From Sinorhizobium meliloti (lineage in GTDB: Bacteria; Pseudomonadota; Alphaproteobacteria; Rhizobiales; Rhizobiaceae): 32,000 nucleotides of DNA. This document shows, piece after piece, positions 26,720-32,000 of the stretch (position 1 is its first letter; every line of letters starts with the position of its first letter). A model generated the notes under the pieces. The model was not told the origin of the DNA and ran no database searches. It saw nothing but the letters and a program-made list of their open reading frames with translations. Where the stretch lies: assembly GCF_017876815.1 (NCBI RefSeq), contig NZ_JAGIOS010000001.1:180001-212000 (forward strand), given 5' to 3'. The position numbers and the translations under genes are program-made.

Positions 26720-26793
26720 CCCCTTGTGGGGGGAAGGGACCCGAGGCAAGCACCTCGGCCACCATTATCATCGGCGTTTCGTAGGGGCACGTC

Positions 26794-26820
26794 CCCTCTC
26801 CCCGCCCCACGGGGAGAGGG
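26794..26820. repeat. GC-rich palindromic intergenic repeat unit (11-bp perfect stem)
   Basis: CCCTCTCCCCG-cccca-CGGGGAGAGGG followed by TCAGGGTGAGGGG. It belongs to the widespread Rhizobiales repeat type that translates as SPLPAPRGEG. A related half-unit (CACCTTCTCCCCGCAAGCGG) abuts the IS at 25534-25553. Confidence 0.55.
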
Positions 26821-26945
26821 TCAGGGTGAGGGGCTCTTCACCGGATTGCGGCTATTGAAAGGCACGCGTTTTGCGTTAGTTTTCACAAAACCGTCCACGA
26901 CGAGTCGTGCCGACGGCACGTTCTCAACCTCGGGAGCTCGAATTG

Positions 26946-29278
26946 ATGGTCATCGTCCTGACCGCCGTCGTCTTCGCCGTGATCGGCCTCGCCCTCGGTG
27001 GGGGCGGCACGCGGCTCCTGCTGCTCGGCGGCAGCCCGTATTATCTCATCGCCGGCTTGGGCTTTCTGCTCACCGCGTTTTTGCTCTTTCGCCGCCGCGC
27101 CGCCGCGCTTTGGGTCTATGCGCTGGTCGTTCTCGGGTCGCTCGCATGGGCGATCTGGGAGGTGGGCTTCGATTGGTGGCAACTCGGGCCTCGGGGCGGC
27201 GTGATCATCCTGCTCGGGCTGTGGCTGCTAACCCCATGGATCCGGCGACCCCTCGGCTTCGTCAGCCCACCGGCGAGCAATATGGGGCAAGCGCCTGGCC
27301 GCTTGCACTGGTGAGCCTCCTCTCGGTCGGTGTCGCCCTCTATTCGATGACGCAGGACCCCCATGACATTCGCGGCGATCTGCCCGGCGAAGTCGCGGCG
27401 AACGCGAACCTCGGGGGCAACGTACCGCCGGGCGAATGGCACCAATATGGTCGCACGCCCTTCGGTCAACGTTACTCCCCGCTCGACCAGATCCGTCCGG
27501 AAAACGTCGCCAACCTGCAGGTGGCGTGGCAATACCAGACCGGAGACGTGAAGCTGCCCGAAGACGTCAGCGAAACCACTTATCAGGTGACGCCGCTGAA
27601 GGTGAAGGACACGCTCTATGTCTGCACGCCGCACAACTGGGCGATCGCGCTCGACGCAGCCACCGGTCAGGAGAAGTGGAAATACGATTCCAATTCCGGC
27701 ATGAACCCGGATCGCCAGCATCAGACCTGCCGCGGCGTCACCTATTGGGCCGATCCGGCCGCAGCGCCCGGCAGCCCCTGCGCCGAGCGCGTCTATCTGC
27801 CGACATCGGACGCCCGCCTGATCGCGCTCGACGCGACGAATGGCGAGGTCTGCACCAGCTTCGCCGACAACGGCGTCCTGCATCTCGAACAGGGCATGAA
27901 GCACAACCCCGCCGGCTACTACTATTCGACCTCGCCGCCCGTCGCCGTCGGCGACAGGCTCATCATCGGCGGGGCGGTCAACGACAACTATTCCACCACG
28001 GAACAGTCCGGCGTGATCCGCGCTTTCAACATCAACACCGGCGCACTCATCTGGAATTGGGACAGCGGGAATCCGGACGTAACGGCGCCCCTCCCTCCGG
28101 GTCAAACCTACACCACCAATTCGCCAAACAGCTGGTCCGTCTTCAGCTATGACGAAGGGCTCGGCCTCGTCTACATCCCCATGGGCAACCAGGTGCCCGA
28201 CCAGCTCGGCATGGGCCGCAGCGAGCATGTGGAGAAATACTCCTCCTCCATCGTCGCCCTGGACATCAATACGGGCGCGGTACGCTGGGTACGGCAGACG
28301 GTGCATCACGATCTCTGGGATATGGACGTACCCGCCCAACCTGCCCTTCTCGACATCACGAGAGAGGACGGAACCGTCGTGCCGGCACTCGTCGGGCCTA
28401 CCAAGCAGGGCGACATCTATGTGCTCGACCGGCGAAGCGGGGAGCCGATCATCCCGATCGAGGAAGTACCCGCTCCCGGCGGTGCGATCCCCGAGGATTT
28501 CACGGCCCCCACCCAGCCCGTCTCAGGTCTCACCTTCATGCCCCCGCCGCTCATGGAGCGCGACATGTGGGGGATCAGCATGTTCGACCAGCTTGCATGC
28601 CGCATCGAATTCAGAACGCTGAAATACGAGGGACGCTACACGCCGCCTTCCCTCGAGGGGACGATCGTCTATCCCGGCAATTTCGGGACTTTCAACTGGG
28701 GCTCCGTCGCCGTGGATCCGGAGCGCCAGGTGATGTTCGGGATGCCGACCTATCTCGCCTTCACCTCGCGGCTCGTTCCGCGCGACCAGATCGCCCCGAA
28801 GGGCGAAGGCGAAAAGGGTAGCGAACAGGGCCTCAACCGCAATGAAGGCGCACCTTACGGGGTCTTTATGGGTCCGTTCCTCGGCCCGCTCGGGATTCCC
28901 TGCCAGGCACCGCCATGGGGTTATGTCGCAGGCGCCGATCTCAGAACGGGCAAGATCGCCTACAAGCACAAGAACGGCACGGTCTACGACATGACGCCGC
29001 TGCCGCTGCCCTTCAAGCTGGGCGTTCCGGGCATCGGCGGACCCATGATAACCAAGGGCGGGCTCGCTTTCCTGGGTGCCGCGGTCGACGATTACTTCCG
29101 GGCTTACGACCTGACCACGGGCGAACAGCTCTGGGAAGCGCGGCTTCCGGCCGGCGGCCAGTCGACGCCGATGACCTATACGGTCGGCGAGAAGCAGTAT
29201 GTCCTGATCGTCGCGGGCGGACACGGTTCGGTCGGCACCAAGCCGGGCGACTATGTCATCGCCTATACGCTGCCCTGA
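26946..29278 (+). pseudogene. gcd: Membrane-bound PQQ-dependent glucose (quinoprotein) dehydrogenase, interrupted by an apparent -1 frameshift between the TM domain and the catalytic domain
   Basis: N-terminal TM domain: the frame of ORF 26907-27314, with a likely ATG at 26946 (GGGAGC 9 nt upstream), encodes VIVLTAVVFAVIGLALGGGG...WEVGFDWWQLGPRGG...WIRRPLGFV, which parallels the E. coli Gcd N-terminus. Catalytic domain: the fifth TM segment and the whole PQQ beta-propeller (AWPLALVSLLSVGVALYS...QTVHHDLWDMD...GGQSTPMTY...AGGHGSVGTKPGDYVIAYTLP) are read in the frame of ORF 26726-29278. Frame switch: it must occur within about 27262-27285, and a CCC run at 27266-27268 is the simplest site. Confidence 0.7.
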
Positions 29279-29296
29279 CGCACGAACCGGAATGAC

Positions 29297-29320
29297 GGGC
29301 GCGCTCGCATGAGCGCGCCC
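29297..29320. terminator. GC-rich hairpin between convergent gcd and bla (possible bidirectional terminator, no U-tract)
   Basis: GGGCGCGCTC-gcat-GAGCGCGCCC is a perfect 10-bp stem. There is no T-run on either side. Confidence 0.4.
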
Positions 29321-29327
29321 GCAGCCT

Positions 29328-30218
29328 TCAGGCCATGTCGGCGACGATTCTGCCGATATCCGCGAAGACCGGGTTCAGGTCGTCGAGCGGCGCCTTGGCC
29401 TCGCCGGTATAGACGCAGATCAGGATCGGGCCACGGCCCTCGGGCCAGGCGACGGCGATGTCTGAAACCGCACCGGTCATACTCGTTCCCGTCTTGTCTC
29501 CGATCCGCCAGTCCTGGGGCAGGCCCGCCCGCAGCCGCGCATCACCGGTCTTGTTCGCGACCAGCCAATCGATGAGCCGCTTGCGTCCTTCTTGCGAAAG
29601 GACTAGTCCCAGGACCAGTTTTCCGAGCGTGTCGAGCATGGCGCCCGGTGTCGTGGTGTCGCGCGGATCGCCCTTCCTGGCTTCGTTCAGGTCGGGCTCC
29701 GTCCGGTCGAGGCGCGTGGTCTCGTCGCCGATCGAGCGCAGCCACGACGTTAGGCCCTGGGGGCCCCCGAAGCTTTCGAGCAGCAGGTTGCCGGCGGCAT
29801 TGTCGCTGATGGTGATCGCCGCCTCGCAGAGTTCCGCGACCGTCATGCCGTTGCCGCCCACATGCTTTTCCGTCACCGGCGAGTGAGGCAGCAGGACCTC
29901 CTTGCCGAAGGTGATCCGCCGGTCGAGCTTTTCCTTCCCGCGATCGACGCGGGCAAGCGCGCAAGCCGCCGCAAGCGCCTTGAAGGTCGAACACATGGCG
30001 AAACGCTCGGTCTCCCGGTGCCCGAACGAGATGTTGGTCTCGGTGTCGAGCACGGCGACGCCGAGGCGTCCGCCGGTACGCTCTTCAAGCTGGCGAAGCC
30101 GCTCGGTCACGTCATCCTCCGCCGCACCGGACGCAAGCGCGGGCGTTCCCAGGACGAATGCCGGATAGAGCATGGCCGACGCGGCCAGCATTGCTCGGCG
30201 GGTTATGTGCAAAGGCAT
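29328..30218 (-). CDS. Class A beta-lactamase with a twin-arginine (Tat) signal peptide
   Basis: 296 aa with GGAGGAAG upstream of the ATG. It carries the motifs STFK, SDN, EPDLNEA (Glu166 region) and KTG. The N-terminus MPLHITRRAMLAASAMLYPAFVLGTPALASG has a Tat-like RR motif. Confidence 0.9.
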   Translation of the reverse strand: MPLHITRRAMLAASAMLYPAFVLGTPALASGAAEDDVTERLRQLEERTGGRLGVAVLDTETNISFGHRETERFAMCSTFKALAAACALARVDRGKEKLDRRITFGKEVLLPHSPVTEKHVGGNGMTVAELCEAAITISDNAAGNLLLESFGGPQGLTSWLRSIGDETTRLDRTEPDLNEARKGDPRDTTTPGAMLDTLGKLVLGLVLSQEGRKRLIDWLVANKTGDARLRAGLPQDWRIGDKTGTSMTGAVSDIAVAWPEGRGPILICVYTGEAKAPLDDLNPVFADIGRIVADMA

Positions 30219-30420
30219 GTCTTCCTCCGTCTGTGCGGCTCAAGCGCCGAGACATAGCTAAATTATTGATTTTGAATATTATTCCTATCGATTCCGACGG
30301 TCGAATCGCTAAAGGGCGATTGCGGCGGGCTTGTGCCCGAAGGTGCGCTCTTCGATACGGGAACGAACCCCGGATGCCGCTTTCCAAGCTTGATCGACGG
30401 CGGATCCTGCCCATATAAAG

Positions 30421-30435
30421 CTCTAGAGACTAGAG
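30421..30435. promoter_or_regulatory. Candidate MerR-family operator: dyad CTCTAG-N3-CTAGAG
   Basis: On the minus strand the dyad is exactly centred in a 19-nt spacer between TTCGAA (30438-30443) and TTATAT (30413-30418), the geometry typical of MerR-activated promoters. Caveat: its right half overlaps a dispersed repeat. Confidence 0.35.
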
Positions 30436-30479
30436 TATTCGAAAAGTGCTGTGACGGTTTTCCGTCCGGAAGTGCGTAG
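30430..30479. repeat. Short intergenic repeat, copy 2 (exact 26-mer shared with 9360-9385)
   Basis: ACGGTTTTCCGTCCGGAAGTGCGTAG at 30454-30479 is identical to 9360-9385. Both copies are followed by GTTTCAATG (directly here, and after a 25-nt insertion in copy 1). Confidence 0.6.
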
Positions 30480-30495
30480 TTTCAATGTTGGAGAA

Positions 30496-30918
30496 ATGGG
30501 GCGCATGTATACGATCGGCGATCTTTCCCGGCGGACGGGCGTAAAAATCCCGACCATCCGCTATTACGAGCAGATGGGTCTGCTCGCGGCACCGGAGCGC
30601 TCGGAGGGCAATCAGCGCCGCTATGAAAAGCGTGAGCTCGAAACGCTCGCTTTCATCCGCCACGCACGCGACCTCGGACTTTCGATAGAGGCGATCCGGG
30701 ACCTTCTGGCACTGAGCGAGCATCCGGAACGCCCCTGCGGCGAGGCGGACCGCATCGCCACCGAGCATCTTGCCTCCGTGCGGGAAAAGATCGCCCAGCT
30801 CAGAAGGCTGGAGCATGAGCTCGAGCGCATCGTCGCTTGCCATGGCGACCACACGATCGGCGATTGCTATGTGATCCGCGCGCTCGCCGACCACTCGCTG
30901 TGCGGAAACGAGCATTGA
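30496..30918 (+). CDS. MerR family transcriptional regulator, heavy-metal-sensor type (ZntR/CadR/PbrR-like Cys pattern)
   Basis: HTH region YTIGDLSRRTGVKIPTIRYYEQMGLL. Cys residues lie at HPERPCGEAD and in the loop ACHGDHTIGDCYVI, positionally parallel to Cys79 and the C-x8-C loop of E. coli ZntR. The start is ATG 30496 or 30505; the track start at 30451 falls inside a repeat and is rejected. Confidence 0.85.
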   Translation: MGRMYTIGDLSRRTGVKIPTIRYYEQMGLLAAPERSEGNQRRYEKRELETLAFIRHARDLGLSIEAIRDLLALSEHPERPCGEADRIATEHLASVREKIAQLRRLEHELERIVACHGDHTIGDCYVIRALADHSLCGNEH

Positions 30919-31037
30919 AATTCCTCGTTGACAAATTCCGGGATTTGGACAATCTACGCGCATGATCAAGAACGCGCCCATTTCCAGCGTATATTTTTGG
31001 CTGTTCCGATAGGAGCGGCCTGCTGATCATATTCAAC

Positions 31038-31066
31038 AAGGCCGCCATCAGGCGGCTTTTGTTTTT
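31038..31066 (+). terminator. Rho-independent terminator
   Basis: GCCGCC-atca-GGCGGC is followed by TTTTGTTTTT. It lies 120 nt downstream of the merR-family stop and just before the GNAT gene. Confidence 0.75.
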
Positions 31067-31107
31067 CACGGCACCTGATGGCGGCAGAGAACCATCAGGA
31101 GCCGAGA

Positions 31108-31611
31108 ATGCTGCAGACCGTCACCCCTACCCTTCAGCCCGTTCCGTCGGCGCGTGCGCCGATGGTGACGATCCGTTGCGCCAAGCCACGTGATCTCGCC
31201 GAATTGCGCGAGATGGTCGCCGAGCTTGCCGCCCATCACGGCGATGCCGCGACGATCACCCCCGAACAGCTCGAGCGGGATCTCTTCGGACGCACGCCCT
31301 GGATCACGGCACTGGTCGCAGAAGCCGGCGGCGCGTTGATCGGTTATGCCATTCTCGTCCCGCAATACCGGGCGGCCGAAGGTGCCCGCGGCATGGAAAT
31401 GCACCACCTCTTCGTCCGCCCCGGTCACCGCGGCACCGGCATCGGGCGCCACCTCGTGGCCAAGGCTCGCGAGCAGGCGAAAATGGCGGGCTGCGACTAC
31501 CTCTCGGTCAGTGCCGCCACCGGAAACTTCCAGGCGCACCGTTTCTACGAGTCCGAGCGCTTCGTGCCGCGCCCGGTAACCGGCATGCGCTACCTGCAGA
31601 AACTCGGGTAA
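31108..31611 (+). CDS. GNAT family N-acetyltransferase
   Basis: 167 aa from ATG 31108 (AGGAG 6 nt upstream). The acetyl-CoA binding motif is LFVRPGHRGTGIGRHLVAKA, followed by FYESERF. Confidence 0.85.
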   Translation: MLQTVTPTLQPVPSARAPMVTIRCAKPRDLAELREMVAELAAHHGDAATITPEQLERDLFGRTPWITALVAEAGGALIGYAILVPQYRAAEGARGMEMHHLFVRPGHRGTGIGRHLVAKAREQAKMAGCDYLSVSAATGNFQAHRFYESERFVPRPVTGMRYLQKLG

Positions 31612-31631
31612 GGGGGCCGCGGTCGCTGCGG

Positions 31632-32000
31632 TTACAGCGCCGGCAACGCCTTGAGGTAGGCCGCGATCGCATCGCGGTCGGAGGCCGGCAGCTCCGCCAT
31701 GTTCTTCTGAACCTCGACCATCGAGCCGCCGACCGTGTCGAAATCCGGCGTGAAGCCGGTTTCGAGATAGGAGGCGATGTCGGATGCACTCCAGTCCCCG
31801 ATACTTTTCGAAGACGGCGTGATGTCGGGGATTCGGCCTTCGCCTTCAGGATTGGGTGCGCCGGCGAGCCACCGGTCCTCCTCGAAACCGCCAAGCGCAT
31901 CGCGCGGCGTGTGACATTCGCCGCAATGACCAGGACCCTCCACGAGGTATTGCCCGCGGGCGAGCTTGGTGTCGGCGGTATTGACCTGAGTACGCGGCTC
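31632..32000 (-). CDS. c-type cytochrome (probably multi-haem), C-terminal part; the 5' end lies outside the window
   Basis: The frame is open to the window edge. The haem-binding motif CGECH occurs in ARGQYLVEGPGHCGECHTPRDALGG, and a distal Met context in GGSMVEVQKNM. This is typical of the last haem domain of dehydrogenase-associated cytochromes c. Confidence 0.8.
   Translation of the reverse strand, partial: EPRTQVNTADTKLARGQYLVEGPGHCGECHTPRDALGGFEEDRWLAGAPNPEGEGRIPDITPSSKSIGDWSASDIASYLETGFTPDFDTVGGSMVEVQKNMAELPASDRDAIAAYLKALPAL

Noticed and set aside
25203-26810. 535-aa minus-strand ORF covering the IS
   Set aside because: It is antisense to the ISAs1 transposase, which has clear family signatures. 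It crosses both IS ends and the palindromic repeats, and it has no SD or domain.
26726-26945. N-terminal extension of the 850-aa ORF upstream of gcd
   Set aside because: It reads through the GC-rich palindromic repeats (SPLPAPRGEGQGEG) and through an out-of-frame version of the TM domain. The authentic Gcd N-terminus is in another frame, starting near 26946.
27116-28339. 407-aa minus-strand ORF
   Set aside because: It is antisense to the PQQ dehydrogenase catalytic domain, and its composition is typical of GC-rich antisense frames.
30451-30495. ORF-track start of the MerR-family gene (MTVFRPEVRSFNVGE...)
   Set aside because: The first 15 codons are the dispersed 26-nt repeat also present at 9360-9385. 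MerR HTH proteins start immediately before the YTIGDL-type helix, so ATG 30496 or 30505 is preferred.
1-32000. Search for CRISPR arrays, tRNA or rRNA genes, prophage blocks or recognisable defence, toxin-antitoxin or secretion operons
   Set aside because: I saw no regularly spaced direct repeats, no tRNA-like T-arm or acceptor structures, no rRNA-like segments and no gene cluster with the hallmarks of a known or novel multi-gene system. The window reads as a core chromosome with one IS and dispersed small repeats.

Overview
This is a GC-rich alphaproteobacterial chromosomal segment. Gene content, synteny and the MucR/Ros protein sequence point to Sinorhizobium/Ensifer (Rhizobiaceae); this is from memory, no search was possible. 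I support 34 protein-coding genes and one apparent pseudogene, mostly core housekeeping or envelope genes. In window order they are: a PBP1A 3' end; a DUF1214/DUF1254 pair; a small orphan ORF; a DUF883 (YqjD/ElaB-like) protein; a secreted SH3b protein with an Arg/Asp/Glu/Trp-rich tail; DUF2336; DUF1491; a peptidoglycan-binding protein; a DivJ-like PAS histidine kinase; DUF5330; SufE; MucR; a 7-gene Mrp/Pha2-type cation/proton antiporter operon (A-G); MsrB; a secreted hypothetical protein; hemolysin-III; a usp plus mini-DksA operon; a VOC dioxygenase-like protein; oligopeptidase B; DUF1697; SelO; one ISAs1-family insertion sequence; a membrane PQQ glucose dehydrogenase whose TM domain and catalytic domain are in different frames; a Tat-exported class A beta-lactamase; a heavy-metal-type MerR regulator; a GNAT acetyltransferase; and the 3' part of a c-type cytochrome. 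I see no rRNA, tRNA or CRISPR array, and I do not recognise a multi-gene defence, toxin or secretion system. The non-genic structure is more interesting than the gene list. It includes two copies of a modular RIME-like intergenic mosaic element whose end modules run into stop codons, and a 26-nt exact repeat shared by two distant intergenic regions. It also includes a perfect CtrA box upstream of a 56-aa ORF, an orphan intrinsic terminator (candidate sRNA) upstream of divJ, and a near-consensus FixK/FNR box next to the usp operon. An IS sits in the centre of a palindromic repeat, gcd is frameshifted at a C-run, and a MerR-type dyad is centred in a 19-bp-spacer promoter-like site facing the beta-lactamase gene. 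All family names and motif consensus sequences are recalled, not searched.
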